Source: Bacteroidia bacterium | GTDB taxonomy: Bacteria > Bacteroidota > Bacteroidia > CAIKAF01 | DNA length: 64,000 bases | Direction of reading: 5' to 3' | NCBI GenBank assembly: GCA_016742095.1 | Contig: JACVCJ010000003.1 | Span: 11,250 to 75,249, forward strand | Shown: positions 18,636 to 29,102 of the stretch, piece by piece | Layout of the letters: each line of letters starts with the position of its first letter | Position numbering within the stretch: the first letter of the stretch is position 1 | Position numbers and translations under genes: made by a program | The notes under the pieces: generated by a model | Databases searched by the model: none | What the model was told of the DNA's origin: nothing | The model's input: only the letters and a program-made list of their open reading frames with translations

Positions 18636-18982
18636 AGTCCGAAAGTCCGGAGTATCGGGTCCGGCAAATAAAATAGTCCGGTGTCTGTAGTCCGGAAGTC
18701 CGGCTATTGACGGTTATTTACCTATTGTTTCTGCTATATCATTTTCTGCGGACTCCGGACTTTCGGACTTCAGACTCGCTAAAAAGCACGCAGAACCTCC
18801 CGTTTTCACAAAAAAGGAGTCTGGTGTCCATAGTCAGGCAGTCCGGCTATTGACGGTTATTTACCTATTGTTTCTATCCGCAGGACTACTAAACCCATCC
18901 GCATCATTTTCTGCGGACTCCGGACTTTCGGACTCCGGACTCGCCAAAAAGCACGCAAAACCTTCCGTTTTCACTAAAAAAA
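18636..18982. repeat. Tandemly duplicated ~140-165-bp palindromic intergenic element
   Basis: Copies ~18675-18815 and ~18818-18982 share AGTCCGGCTATTGACGGTTATTTACCTATTGTTTCT and ATCATTTTCTGCGGACTCCGGACTTTCGGACT; 18636-18653 is the exact reverse complement of 18752-18769 and 18917-18934. Confidence 0.88.
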
Positions 18983-19042
18983 TGCACTTTTTGAGGCCAT
19001 TTTGAAAAATTACCTACTTTTACGCCCTAAATCTTTTCATTT

Positions 19043-19528
19043 ATGGATTTGAAAGAAATACAAGACTTGATAAAATTCGTTGCCAAAAGTGGAGTTAACG
19101 AAGTAGAGCTGGAGACGGACGGTGTTAAGATCGTTATCAAGACCGGTGCTACAAAAATAGAGACCATTGCTGTACAGGCCCCTGCACCCGTAATAGCTGC
19201 CGCTCCCGTTGCCGCTGCTCCTGCTGTTGCCGCTCCTGCCCAGGCTGCCGCAACGCCGGCCGCCGCTCCCGCTGCCGACACCAGCAAGTACGTAGAGATC
19301 AAGTCGCCCATGGTAGGCACTTTCTATCGTCGTCCTTCTCCCGATAAAGACCTGTTCGTGAACATCGGGGACGACATTAAGAAAGGCGACGTGGTTTGTA
19401 TGATCGAAGCCATGAAACTGTTTAATGAGATCGAAAGCGAGATCAACGGACGTATCGTAAAAGTACTCGTTGACGATGCCACCCCGGTAGAATACGATCA
19501 GCCGCTGTTCCTGGTTGAACCGGCCTAA
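19043..19528 (+). CDS. accB: Acetyl-CoA carboxylase biotin carboxyl carrier protein
   Basis: [19 protein letters not shown] biotinylation site, Ala/Pro linker. Confidence 0.97.
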   Translation: MDLKEIQDLIKFVAKSGVNEVELETDGVKIVIKTGATKIETIAVQAPAPVIAAAPVAAAPAVAAPAQAAATPAAAPAADTSKYVEIKSPMVGTFYRRPSPDKDLFVNIGDDIKKGDVVCMIEAMKLFNEIESEINGRIVKVLVDDATPVEYDQPLFLVEPA

Positions 19529-19592
19529 TACGCATTTACATTTCAGATCATTCATTATCAGGCCGGGAATACCCGGTTAAAAAACATAGGGT

Positions 19593-20930
19593 ATGTTTAA
19601 AAAAGTACTGATTGCCAACAGGGGCGAGATCGCCCTCCGTGTAATACGCACCTGTAAAGAAATGGGTATCAAGACCGTTGCCGTATATTCGACGGCCGAC
19701 AAAGACAGTCTGCACGTACGCTTCGCCGACGAGGCCGTGTGCATCGGTCCGCCCGCAGGTAAAGACTCCTATCTTAAAATTGCCAATATTATTTCCGTTG
19801 CCGAGCTCACCAATGCCGATGCCATTCACCCGGGATACGGCTTTTTGAGCGAGAACAGCGTTTTTTCGAAGACCTGCGCACAGCACGGGATCAAATTCAT
19901 AGGTCCGAGCCCCGAAATGATCGACAGCATGGGCGATAAAGCCTCTGCCAAAGCGACCATGAAAGCGGCCGGCGTACCTACCATCCCGGGTTCCGAAGGA
20001 CTCATCGACGACCTGAAAGCGGCCCGCAAGATCGCCAAAGAGATCGGCTACCCCGTTATCATCAAGGCTACGGCCGGCGGTGGCGGTAAAGGTATGCGCG
20101 TGATCTGGGACGAAGAAAGCCTGGAAAAAAGCTGGGATACCGCCCGCAACGAGGCCGCAGCGGCTTTCGGCAACGACGGTATGTACATGGAGAAATTCAT
20201 CGAGGACCCGCGTCACATCGAGATACAGGTTGCCGGCGACCAGTTCGGACACGCCTGTCACCTCAGCGAACGCGACTGTTCTATCCAGCGCCGTCACCAG
20301 AAACTGGTTGAGGAAACCCCTTCACCGTTCATGACCGACGAACTGCGAGAAGCCATGGGTGAAGCCGCTATCAAAGCCTGTGAGGCCATCCGTTACGAAG
20401 GCGTGGGTACCATCGAATTCCTGGTAGACAAGCACCGCAACTTCTACTTTATGGAGATGAACACCCGTATCCAGGTTGAACACCCGATCACGGAAGAAGT
20501 GACCAATTTCGACCTGATCAAGGAACAGATCAAGATCGCCATGGGCGAAAAAATATCCGGGAAGAACTATTACCCGCAGATGTGTGCCATCGAATGCCGC
20601 ATCAATGCCGAAGATCCCTATGCGGATTTCCGTCCTTCACCGGGTAAGATCACCAGTTTTCATTCCCCCGGCGGACACGGCGTGCGCGTGGACACACACG
20701 TATACGCCAGTTACGTGATACCGCCATATTACGACAGTATGATCGCCAAACTGATCACCGTGGCCCAGACCCGCGAAGAAGCCATCGACAAGATGAGCCG
20801 CGCCCTGGACGAGTTCGTGATCGAAGGCATCAAGACCACCATCCCCTTCCACCAGCAGCTGATGAAGGACGAACGCTTCCGGAAGGGTGAATACACCACC
20901 AAATTCCTCGAAGATTTCAAACTGAAATAA
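19593..20930 (+). CDS. accC: Biotin carboxylase
   Basis: [48 protein letters not shown]. Confidence 0.97.
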   Translation: MFKKVLIANRGEIALRVIRTCKEMGIKTVAVYSTADKDSLHVRFADEAVCIGPPAGKDSYLKIANIISVAELTNADAIHPGYGFLSENSVFSKTCAQHGIKFIGPSPEMIDSMGDKASAKATMKAAGVPTIPGSEGLIDDLKAARKIAKEIGYPVIIKATAGGGGKGMRVIWDEESLEKSWDTARNEAAAAFGNDGMYMEKFIEDPRHIEIQVAGDQFGHACHLSERDCSIQRRHQKLVEETPSPFMTDELREAMGEAAIKACEAIRYEGVGTIEFLVDKHRNFYFMEMNTRIQVEHPITEEVTNFDLIKEQIKIAMGEKISGKNYYPQMCAIECRINAEDPYADFRPSPGKITSFHSPGGHGVRVDTHVYASYVIPPYYDSMIAKLITVAQTREEAIDKMSRALDEFVIEGIKTTIPFHQQLMKDERFRKGEYTTKFLEDFKLK

Positions 20931-20935
20931 TACAG

Positions 20936-20964
20936 AAAGCCCCGCCCGAAGCGGGGTTTTTTTA
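20936..20964 (+). terminator. Intrinsic terminator after accC
   Basis: GCCCCGC ccgaa GCGGGGT plus T-run. Confidence 0.8.
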
Positions 20965-21059
20965 TGCGCCGGCACGGCCTCTTTTTTTTCACAATTTACC
21001 GCTGCATTGTGCCTTTGTGCCCCTAAAATGTATATTTACCCAAAAAATTACATTCAGGA

Positions 21060-21938
21060 ATGATTGCATACGTATTTCCCGGACAGGGATCTCAGTTCAG
21101 CGGTATGGGTAAGAACCTGTACGACACTAATGAACAGGCCCGTGCGCTGTTTGAGCAGGCCAATGAAATTCTGGGCTTCCGCATTACCGACATTATGTTC
21201 AGCGGCAGCGACGAAGAGCTGAAGCAGACCCGCGTAACCCAGCCGGCTGTTTTCCTGCACAGCGTCATCAATTACCTGTCGGCGGCCGAACGCCGTCCTG
21301 CCGGTATGACCGCCGGGCACTCCCTGGGCGAATTTTCGGCCCTGGTGGCCAATGGCTGTCTTGAATTTACCGACGCCCTGCAACTGGTATACAAACGCGC
21401 CATGGCCATGCAGAAAGCCTGTGAGATAACACCGTCGACCATGGCCGCCGTACTGGGTATGGAAGATGCCCGCGTGGAAGAGATCTGCCGCAGCATTACC
21501 GACGATGTGGTAGTGGCCGCCAATTACAACTGCCCGGGGCAGCTGGTGATCTCCGGCACCGTGGACGCCGTGAACCGCGCCTGCGAACTGCTGAAGGCCG
21601 CCGGAGCCAAAAGAGCGCTGGTACTGCCCGTGGGTGGAGCCTTTCACTCGCCCCTGATGGAACCCGCACGCGTAGAACTGGAAGCCGCCATCAACCAGAC
21701 CCGTTTCAGTGAACCGGTATGTCCTGTGTTTCAGAATGCTACGGCCGAAGCTGCAACAAATCCGGAAATTATCCGTAAAAACCTGGTAGACCAGCTCACG
21801 GCTCCCGTAAAATGGACACAGTCCGTGCAGAACATGATCAGCGCCGGCGCCACCGAATTTATCGAAAGCGGACCGGGCAATGTGCTGCAGGGCCTGGTGA
21901 AAAAAATAAACAACGGCGTTACGACCGCCTCTTTGTAA
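21060..21938 (+). CDS. fabD: Malonyl-CoA:ACP transacylase
   Basis: FPGQGSQ, GHSLGE, ANYNCPGQLVISG, GAFHSPLM. Confidence 0.97.
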   Translation: MIAYVFPGQGSQFSGMGKNLYDTNEQARALFEQANEILGFRITDIMFSGSDEELKQTRVTQPAVFLHSVINYLSAAERRPAGMTAGHSLGEFSALVANGCLEFTDALQLVYKRAMAMQKACEITPSTMAAVLGMEDARVEEICRSITDDVVVAANYNCPGQLVISGTVDAVNRACELLKAAGAKRALVLPVGGAFHSPLMEPARVELEAAINQTRFSEPVCPVFQNATAEAATNPEIIRKNLVDQLTAPVKWTQSVQNMISAGATEFIESGPGNVLQGLVKKINNGVTTASL

Positions 21939-21944
21939 ACTCTT

Positions 21945-22682
21945 ATGCAGAAACGTATCTGTCTGATATTGGTACTACTTATATGTTCACTGAACACAGC
22001 GGTCCGGGCTCAGACAGATACGTCCGCCACCGGCGGCAAAAAGCCCCGCGAAAAAAAACCGAAAGAAAAGGTAAGACCGCTGCGGAATCTCAAAGACACC
22101 ATTTCGACACGTTACGATTTCAAATGGGATAAAGAAGTACGCAAGAACGCCATTCGGGTCAATCCCGTTTCGGCCTTTGTACTGATCGGCAATGTGGATT
22201 ATGAACGGTATATTTCGCCCCTGGTCTCTGTGAACATCAACGGCTTTTTCGGCAGTAACCGTATCTATACCGATGTAAGCGGCCGGATCTATCCCACCAA
22301 TTTCATGACGGCGGGCGGGATCCTCGAATTCCGCTTTTATCCCTGGAAAAAGGCCCTGCGCGGCTTTTACGTGGCCCCTTACCTGCAGTATCATTTCTAC
22401 CGCCTTATTTCCACCTACGAAGATTCCTACGATCCGGTAACGCAGAACGCGAGCGTAAGCCGCCACAAGGCTCAGATACACATGGGCGCAGCCGGGGGTG
22501 TGGCCGGTTACCAGTGGATACTCGGCAACTGGTTCGCCATCAATATTTTTGCCGGAGCGGGTTATAACTATTACCAGTGGAATACCATGGGCAGCCCGCA
22601 GGACCGTTTCACCACCAGATCGCTGGGCGTGATCCCCTACGATATCCGGGGTGGCCTCAGCATCGGCATTGCCGTTAAATAA
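21945..22682 (+). CDS. DUF3575-like outer-membrane beta-barrel protein
   Basis: Signal peptide, NAIRVNP, EFRFYP..KALRGFYVAPY, GYQW. Confidence 0.7.
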   Translation: MQKRICLILVLLICSLNTAVRAQTDTSATGGKKPREKKPKEKVRPLRNLKDTISTRYDFKWDKEVRKNAIRVNPVSAFVLIGNVDYERYISPLVSVNINGFFGSNRIYTDVSGRIYPTNFMTAGGILEFRFYPWKKALRGFYVAPYLQYHFYRLISTYEDSYDPVTQNASVSRHKAQIHMGAAGGVAGYQWILGNWFAINIFAGAGYNYYQWNTMGSPQDRFTTRSLGVIPYDIRGGLSIGIAVK

Positions 22683-22769
22683 ACGCGGTGCTATAGCTAT
22701 TTAGCGCATTTAATCCGCTTTCCCGTCTTTTTGTATATACCTTCGTGCCGGAATTTCCGGGTAAGGTTC

Positions 22770-23672
22770 ATGAATTCATTTATACTGATAGCCGTTTGTA
22801 TCGGGGCAGGTTACCTGCTCAGGCGCTCGGGTACGCTCCCCCGCGACCTGCATAAAGGCATCAATACCTGGATCATTTACCTGGCTCTGCCGGCCGTATC
22901 CTTTAAATACCTGCCCGGCATTACCTGGAGCCGCGAAATGCTGATCCCCGCCCTGGCACCGCTCATCGTCTTCGGCGGAGGGGTATTGTTCGGCGCCTGG
23001 TACGGCCGCTTCCGCAAACTGGACAAACCCACGACCACCGGACTGCAACTGGCCGCCGGACTCTGCAATACGTCTTTTGTCGGTTTCCCGCTCATTATGG
23101 CCTATTTCGGCGAAGATAAACTGCCCGTGGCCGTGATCTGCGACCAGGTCACCTTCCTTATTTTTTCGGTCTTCGGTATTACGCTGGCCGTGCGGGGTTC
23201 GGGCTCCCACTCGCTTTCCCTGCCAATGCTGCTGCGCAAGGTAGCCGCTTTTCCGCCGCTGATCGGTTGTGCGGCCGCCCTCAGTTTGCCTGCACTTATA
23301 GACATTACGCCGCTGAACCCGCTTTTTAACACCCTGGCCGGCACCGTAGCGCCCCTGGCATTGTTCTCCATCGGGCTGCAGCTTAATTTTGAAGGCTGGC
23401 GCAGGGACATTCGCCCGATGTCGGCCGTTCTTTCCTACAAACTGTTACTGGCCCCGGCCCTCATCTACGCCGTATGTCTGCTGCTGACCGACAATATCAA
23501 AGATCCCGTGCCACAGATCGCCGTTTTTGAATCGGCCATGCCCGTACTGCTTTCGCTCAGCATCGTAGCCGACGAATACCGTTTGAATCCCACGCTCATC
23601 AACCGGCTTATCGGCATCAGTATCCTGGTCTCCTTTGTTACCTCGGCGGGCTGGTGGCTTGTACTGCGATAA
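22770..23672 (+). CDS. AEC (auxin efflux carrier) family transporter
   Basis: IIYLALPA, NTSFVGFP, PLALFSIGL, ESAMP. Confidence 0.9.
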   Translation: MNSFILIAVCIGAGYLLRRSGTLPRDLHKGINTWIIYLALPAVSFKYLPGITWSREMLIPALAPLIVFGGGVLFGAWYGRFRKLDKPTTTGLQLAAGLCNTSFVGFPLIMAYFGEDKLPVAVICDQVTFLIFSVFGITLAVRGSGSHSLSLPMLLRKVAAFPPLIGCAAALSLPALIDITPLNPLFNTLAGTVAPLALFSIGLQLNFEGWRRDIRPMSAVLSYKLLLAPALIYAVCLLLTDNIKDPVPQIAVFESAMPVLLSLSIVADEYRLNPTLINRLIGISILVSFVTSAGWWLVLR

Positions 23673-23704
23673 AAAAAACCTGCCCCAAAGCGGAACAGGC
23701 TTTC
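23672..23704. terminator. Terminator between convergent genes
   Basis: A-run, CCTG...CAGG, T-run. Confidence 0.55.
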
Positions 23705-23727
23705 AGTAAACCTATATCTATTTCGTT

Positions 23728-25302
23728 TTAGTTGTGCGCAAAGGCAAAGGGCTTTTCGCGGGACTGGTCCCTGTCCTTACCGATACCGTAAAGTTCCGCA
23801 AAGTCGCGGTTCTCATTGGTCTGTGTACGTTTATAGAACATTTCCGGGCGCAGGTCCGTAATGTCCTCGCAGCCGCAGGAACCGATAAAGTCGGCCAGGG
23901 CCTTCATGGTATTCTTGTGAAAATTGGCTACGCGCACGCTCTTATCGGTAATGTCGATCCCTTTGTACAGGGCTTTTTCCTGGGTAGCGATACCCACGGG
24001 ACATTTACCGCTGTCGCATTTCAGGGCCTGGATACAACCCAGGGAGAACATCATACCGCGGGCGCTGTAACAGGCGTCGGCGCCCAGGGCCAGGGTACGG
24101 GCAATATCAAAGGCCGTGATCACCTTGCCGGATGCCAGGATACGGATCTGGTTGCGGATACCGGCCTCGCTAAGCGTTTTGTTCACGAAGACCAGGGCAT
24201 CGTTGAGGGCCATACCCATGTGGTCGATGAATTCGAGCGGAGCGGCCCCGGTACCGCCTTCGGCACCGTCAACCGTAATAAAATCAGGGTAAATGCCCGT
24301 GGTACGCATGGCATCCACGATATCCGTAAATTCACTGCGGCGGCCGATACACAGCTTAAAGCCTACCGGTTTGCCCCCGGAAAGCTCGCGCAGTTTACCG
24401 ATAAAATAGGTAAGTTCCACGGGATTGCTGAAGGCGCTGTGTGCCGAGGGGGAATGCACCGTAGTATAGGGCTCGATACTACGTATTTTGGCAATTTCGG
24501 GCGTATTTTTCTCCGCCGGCAGCAGCCCCCCGTGACCGGGTTTGGCTCCCTGCGAAAGTTTCAGTTCGATCATTTTAACCTGCGGCATGGCAGAGCGTTC
24601 GGCAAAAAGTACTTCGCTGAAACGACCGTCGGGCTGGCGGCAGCCGAAATAGCCCGTACCGATCTGCCAGATAACGTCGGCCCCCTGCAGGTGGTAATCA
24701 CTGATACCACCTTCGCCCGTGTTATGCGCAAAGCCGCCTTCCTTGGCGCCTTTGTTCAGCGAACTGATGGCCGTTTTACTCAGGGCTCCGTAACTCATGG
24801 CCCCGATGTTCAGAATACTGGCATGGTACGGCTGTTTGCACTGGTCGTTACCGATCATTACGCGGAATTTGGTGTAGTCGGCCTGTTTGGGATACACGGA
24901 ATGCGCCGCCCACTCGTAGCCGATGCGGTTCGGATCGTCCTGCATACCAAAAGAAATGGTCTGTTTCTCGTTCTTGGCACGCTGGTACACAATAGAACGC
25001 TGACGGCGGTTGAACGGTTTACCGTCCAGTTCGCCCTCGAAAAAGTACTGGCGCAGTTCGGGACGTACCGATTCGAACAGGTAACGCAGGCGCCCTACCA
25101 GGGGATAGTTCTTGCGGATAGCGTGCTTGTTCTGGAAGGTGTCGAACGCCACCAGGCCCAGCAGCACCAGGGGAACAAAAAGCCAGATCTGCGAAATGGC
25201 GTGTATGGCTACCAGCAGGCTGAAACCGGCCAGCAGTGCAAAACTGAAACCCCAGACCAGGAGAAAAGGACCGACCGGGATGTGCGTTTTATTCTTACTC
25301 AT
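23728..25302 (-). CDS. FMN-binding glutamate synthase family protein (membrane anchored)
   Basis: AMSYGALS, HNTGEGG, ELKLSQGAKPGHGG, DGAEGGTGAAP, GCIQALKCDSGKCPVG 3Fe-4S motif. Confidence 0.92.
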   Translation of the reverse strand: MSKNKTHIPVGPFLLVWGFSFALLAGFSLLVAIHAISQIWLFVPLVLLGLVAFDTFQNKHAIRKNYPLVGRLRYLFESVRPELRQYFFEGELDGKPFNRRQRSIVYQRAKNEKQTISFGMQDDPNRIGYEWAAHSVYPKQADYTKFRVMIGNDQCKQPYHASILNIGAMSYGALSKTAISSLNKGAKEGGFAHNTGEGGISDYHLQGADVIWQIGTGYFGCRQPDGRFSEVLFAERSAMPQVKMIELKLSQGAKPGHGGLLPAEKNTPEIAKIRSIEPYTTVHSPSAHSAFSNPVELTYFIGKLRELSGGKPVGFKLCIGRRSEFTDIVDAMRTTGIYPDFITVDGAEGGTGAAPLEFIDHMGMALNDALVFVNKTLSEAGIRNQIRILASGKVITAFDIARTLALGADACYSARGMMFSLGCIQALKCDSGKCPVGIATQEKALYKGIDITDKSVRVANFHKNTMKALADFIGSCGCEDITDLRPEMFYKRTQTNENRDFAELYGIGKDRDQSREKPFAFAHN

Positions 25303-25626
25303 CTTCGAATAAATTGACAATTATATATATGCGTTTTTAAAAATGATCTGCAACAAAACATCCGTATACAAAATACGGCGCTGCGTAAATGCCTGGTATT
25401 CTTCCCCCGTGAAAGAAAAACGGGGGATTAATGGATAAAGGCTTTATTATTTGAAAGGAAAATAACAGTCCATTTGTGACGATGCCCCGGGGTAAATGAG
25501 GCGTGCAGGAACTTAAAAGACGGCAGATTCATCATCTAAACCAGAATGATAATTACGGCACAAAGGTAATGCAAGATTTATGAACCCGCAAGGAAATTAA
25601 GACTATTTCACGCAGAGGGTACTACG

Positions 25627-25660
25627 AAAAAAGGGATTCTCCTTACGAAGAACCCCTTTT
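25627..25660 (-). terminator. Terminator after peroxiredoxin
   Basis: AAAAAGGG.TTCT...AGAA.CCCTTTT hairpin. Confidence 0.65.
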
Positions 25661-25676
25661 ATACAGCGAAACAACA

Positions 25677-26312
25677 TTACAGGTTCGGTTGAGGCGTAAG
25701 CCGCAGATAGGGCTTTACCTCGGTGTATCCCTTGGGAAAACGGCCGGGGATATCGGCTGTGGGGATGGACGGTACCACCACCACGTCTTCGCCCTGCTTC
25801 CAGTCGGCAGGCGTAGCTACGCTATAATCCGCCGTAAGCTGCAGGCTGTCGATCACGCGCAGTACCTCGTCGAAATTGCGGCCGGTGCTGGCCGGGTAGG
25901 TAATGCTGAGCTTTACCTTTTTATCCGGACCGATCACAAACAACGAACGTACGGTAAATGTTTCCGAAGCATTCGGGTGGATCATGTCGTACAGGCCGGC
26001 CACCTCGCGGTTCTTGTCGGCAATGATCGGGAAGTTCACTTCCGTTTGCTGGGTCTCATTGATATCGTTTATCCAGCGTTTGTGCGAATCTACATCGTCC
26101 ACGCTCAGGGCCAGGGCCTTTACGTTACGTTTTTCGAACTCGCCCTTCAGCTTGGCCGTGCGACCCAGTTCCGTGGTGCAAACCGGCGTAAAATCGGCCG
26201 GGTGTGAAAACAGTACACCCCAGGAATCGCCCAGGTATTCGTGAAAACGGATCTCTCCCTCCGAGGACTCCGCCCTGAAATCGGGCGCTATATCTCCTAA
26301 TCGTAAACTCAT
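25677..26312 (-). CDS. 1-Cys peroxiredoxin (Prx6/LsfA-like)
   Basis: FSHPADFTPVCTTE, YPASTGRNFDE, ATPADWK, KPYLR. Confidence 0.95.
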   Translation of the reverse strand: MSLRLGDIAPDFRAESSEGEIRFHEYLGDSWGVLFSHPADFTPVCTTELGRTAKLKGEFEKRNVKALALSVDDVDSHKRWINDINETQQTEVNFPIIADKNREVAGLYDMIHPNASETFTVRSLFVIGPDKKVKLSITYPASTGRNFDEVLRVIDSLQLTADYSVATPADWKQGEDVVVVPSIPTADIPGRFPKGYTEVKPYLRLTPQPNL

Positions 26313-26342
26313 ATAAGCGATAATTTTTAGTTTCTTTCTATT

Positions 26343-26363
26343 AGTCTACTTAATTAGTAGACT
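26343..26363. promoter_or_regulatory. Palindromic operator at the peroxiredoxin transcription start
   Basis: AGTCTACT-N5-AGTAGACT perfect inverted repeat just downstream of minus-strand TACTTTTG (26367-26374). Confidence 0.6.
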
Positions 26364-26490
26364 TTGCAAAAGTACCGATTAAATCCACACGGCAAAATAA
26401 TAATCCGCAAAATGCTTCAAAAAGCATCCTGCACGGAATTATCGCACTGATTTACAGAGTAAAAAAATAAAATGAGAAGGAAAGAGGCGC

Positions 26491-27552
26491 TTATTCTTCC
26501 TTATACTGCCGCCGGATGTAATCGCGGTAGGAACCATCACGTACATGGTCTGTCCAGGCCGTATTGGCCAGGTACCAGTCCACCGTTCTTTCCAGACCTT
26601 CCTCGAACGTTACCGTCGGTTCCCAGCCCAGTTCTGCTTTTATGCGCCCTGCATCGATGGCATACCGGTGGTCGTGCCCCGGACGGTCTGTCACAAACGT
26701 GATCAGCTGTTGCGATTCACCAGGCTCCCGGCCCAGCTTTCGGTCCATAATAGCGCAAAGCAGGCATATCAGGTCTATATTGCTCCACTCGTTAAAGCCG
26801 CCTACATTATAGCTTTCGCCGCGTTTTCCCTTATGAAACACCAAGTCGATGGCCCGGGCATGGTCAGGCGCGTATAGCCAGTCGCGTACATTTTCACCTT
26901 TCCCGTATACCGGTATCGGCTGTTTTTCCTGTATGCGCGTGATAGCGAGCGGAATAAGCTTTTCGGGGAAATGATTGGGCCCGTAATTATTACTGCAGTT
27001 CGTAATGACCACCGGGATCCTGTATGTATTGAAATACGCACGTACAAAATGGTCTGAAGCGGCTTTGCTGGCCGAGTACGGACTTTGCGGATCGTAGGGC
27101 GTACTTTCGGTAAAAAAGCCCTCATCGCCCAGGGAACCGAACACTTCGTCGGTACTTACATGGTGAAAACACACGTCCGTGCGGTCTTTCCAGTGTTTAC
27201 GGGCAGCTTCCAGCAGGGTGAAGGTACCCAGCACATTGGTCTGTATAAAGGCTTCGGGCCCTTCAATGCTGCGGTCTACATGACTTTCGGCAGCCAGGTG
27301 TATGAGTCCGTCCGGCGTATATTCCTCAAAAACGGCGTTCACGGCCGCTGCATCGCAGATATCGCCCTGTATAAAAACGTAATTGGGAGCGTTCTCTACA
27401 TCGCGCAGGTTCTCGGGATTGCCGGCATAGGTCAGCTTATCGAAATTGATGATACGGTAGTCGGGGTACGTGTTCACGAAGAGGCGCACCACATGCGAAC
27501 CGATAAAACCCGATCCGCCGGTAATGACAATATTTCTGCGATACGCATGCAT
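26491..27552 (-). CDS. rfbB: dTDP-glucose 4,6-dehydratase
   Basis: TGGSGFIGS, DKLTYAGN, AAESHVDRSI, STDEV, YSASK, DRPGHD. Confidence 0.96.
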   Translation of the reverse strand: MHAYRRNIVITGGSGFIGSHVVRLFVNTYPDYRIINFDKLTYAGNPENLRDVENAPNYVFIQGDICDAAAVNAVFEEYTPDGLIHLAAESHVDRSIEGPEAFIQTNVLGTFTLLEAARKHWKDRTDVCFHHVSTDEVFGSLGDEGFFTESTPYDPQSPYSASKAASDHFVRAYFNTYRIPVVITNCSNNYGPNHFPEKLIPLAITRIQEKQPIPVYGKGENVRDWLYAPDHARAIDLVFHKGKRGESYNVGGFNEWSNIDLICLLCAIMDRKLGREPGESQQLITFVTDRPGHDHRYAIDAGRIKAELGWEPTVTFEEGLERTVDWYLANTAWTDHVRDGSYRDYIRRQYKEE

Positions 27553-27553
27553 G

Positions 27554-28846
27554 TTATAAGCTCCAGTAATCGAAGGCGAATTTACTGCGGTACATGCCTT
27601 TCAGGTCGGCAAAAACACCATTTTCTGAAAGCAGCGCGGCAAAGTCGGCCTCTCCGAAATTTTTGTATTCATCGTGGGAAACGGCCAGCACCACGGCTTC
27701 GTAACGCCCGTCGGCAGCTGCGGCCAGGCGGCACTGGTATTCGTGTTCGAACTCCTGTGCATCGGCATACGGGTCGATGGCGTCCACTTTGAGGCCATAA
27801 CTCTCGAATTCCCGGATCACGTCGATCACTTTGGAATTGCGTATATCCGTCACATTTTCCTTGAACGTAACACCCATCACCAGCACACGCGACGATTTCA
27901 GCGACACATCCTTGGCAATGAGCCGTTTTACGATCTGGCGGGCCACATGCGCGCCCATATAGTCGTTGATCTCGCGGCCGCTGGTGATCACCTTGGCATG
28001 GTAACCCAGCTGGGTACTTTTGTGCGTAAGGTAATACGGATCTACCCCGATGCAGTGTCCGCCCACCAGTCCGGGCGTAAAACGCAGGAAGTTCCATTTG
28101 GTACCGGCGGCTTCGAGCACGTCGTAGGTATTGATGCCCATTTTGCTGAAGATCACCGAAAGTTCGTTCATCAGGGCAATGTTCAGGTCGCGCTGGGTAT
28201 TTTCAATAATTTTTGCGGCCTCGGCCGTTTTGATGCTGGCAGCGCGGTGTACACCGGCGTCCACCACCAGTTCATAGGTCTTCGCGATCTGCTCCAGGGA
28301 TTCCGGCGTATCGCCGCTCACCACCTTGATCACGCGGGCCAGGGTATGTTCCCGGTCGCCCGGGTTGATGCGTTCGGGAGAATATCCCACCGAAAAATCT
28401 TCTTTCCATTTCAATCCGCTGATGCGCTCCAGCACCGGGATGCAATCATCTTCGGTACAGCCGGGGTACACGGTGGATTCAAACACCACGTAGTCGCCTT
28501 TTTTCAGCACTTTACCCACAGTTTCACTGGCTTTCAGCAGGGGTGTAAGGTCGGGCAGGTTATGTGAATCGATCGGCGTGGGAACGGCCACCACAAAAAA
28601 GCGGGCCTCTCGCAGCACATCGAGCGAATCGGTAAATTCAATATCACAGTTCTCGAACTCCGAACTTTCGAGTTCATTACTGGGGTCGATCCCCTGGCGC
28701 ATCATTTCCACGCGGCGGGCATTGATATCGAACCCGATCACTTTTACTTTGCGGGCAAAGGCCAGTGCAATGGGCAAACCTACATATCCCAGGCCGATCA
28801 CGGCCAGTTTTGCTTCTTTACCTGTCAGCTGATCGTATATACTCAT
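27554..28846 (-). CDS. UDP-N-acetylhexosamine 6-dehydrogenase (WbpA/WbpO/TviB family)
   Basis: GLGYVGLP, ESTVYPG, YSPERINPGD, GLVGGHCIGVDPYYL. Confidence 0.92.
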   Translation of the reverse strand: MSIYDQLTGKEAKLAVIGLGYVGLPIALAFARKVKVIGFDINARRVEMMRQGIDPSNELESSEFENCDIEFTDSLDVLREARFFVVAVPTPIDSHNLPDLTPLLKASETVGKVLKKGDYVVFESTVYPGCTEDDCIPVLERISGLKWKEDFSVGYSPERINPGDREHTLARVIKVVSGDTPESLEQIAKTYELVVDAGVHRAASIKTAEAAKIIENTQRDLNIALMNELSVIFSKMGINTYDVLEAAGTKWNFLRFTPGLVGGHCIGVDPYYLTHKSTQLGYHAKVITSGREINDYMGAHVARQIVKRLIAKDVSLKSSRVLVMGVTFKENVTDIRNSKVIDVIREFESYGLKVDAIDPYADAQEFEHEYQCRLAAAADGRYEAVVLAVSHDEYKNFGEADFAALLSENGVFADLKGMYRSKFAFDYWSL

Positions 28847-29102
28847 ATATGTTTTCTGCGGACCTTCCGCTTTTTGTCAAAATTTGAAAATCAGCTGCAA
28901 ATCTAATATCTCTTTTTAAAATGTACGATAAAGTTCCTGTTATATAACCGCTAAGACCATCCTTAGAGGCTGACTGTATTGCTTTTAGATACATTCACCC
29001 CGGCTTCCGGCTCATTCACCTTGTATTATAGTCTGTTCAAACGTCTTTTTTTTGAGTTTTGGCCTGATTTTCTTTGCTTTGTTGAACAAAACCTGCAACG
29101 CC

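Noticed and set aside
18636-18982. Intergenic repeats as a mini-CRISPR
   Set aside because: Only two long copies, and the sequences between the shared blocks are also homologous rather than unique spacers
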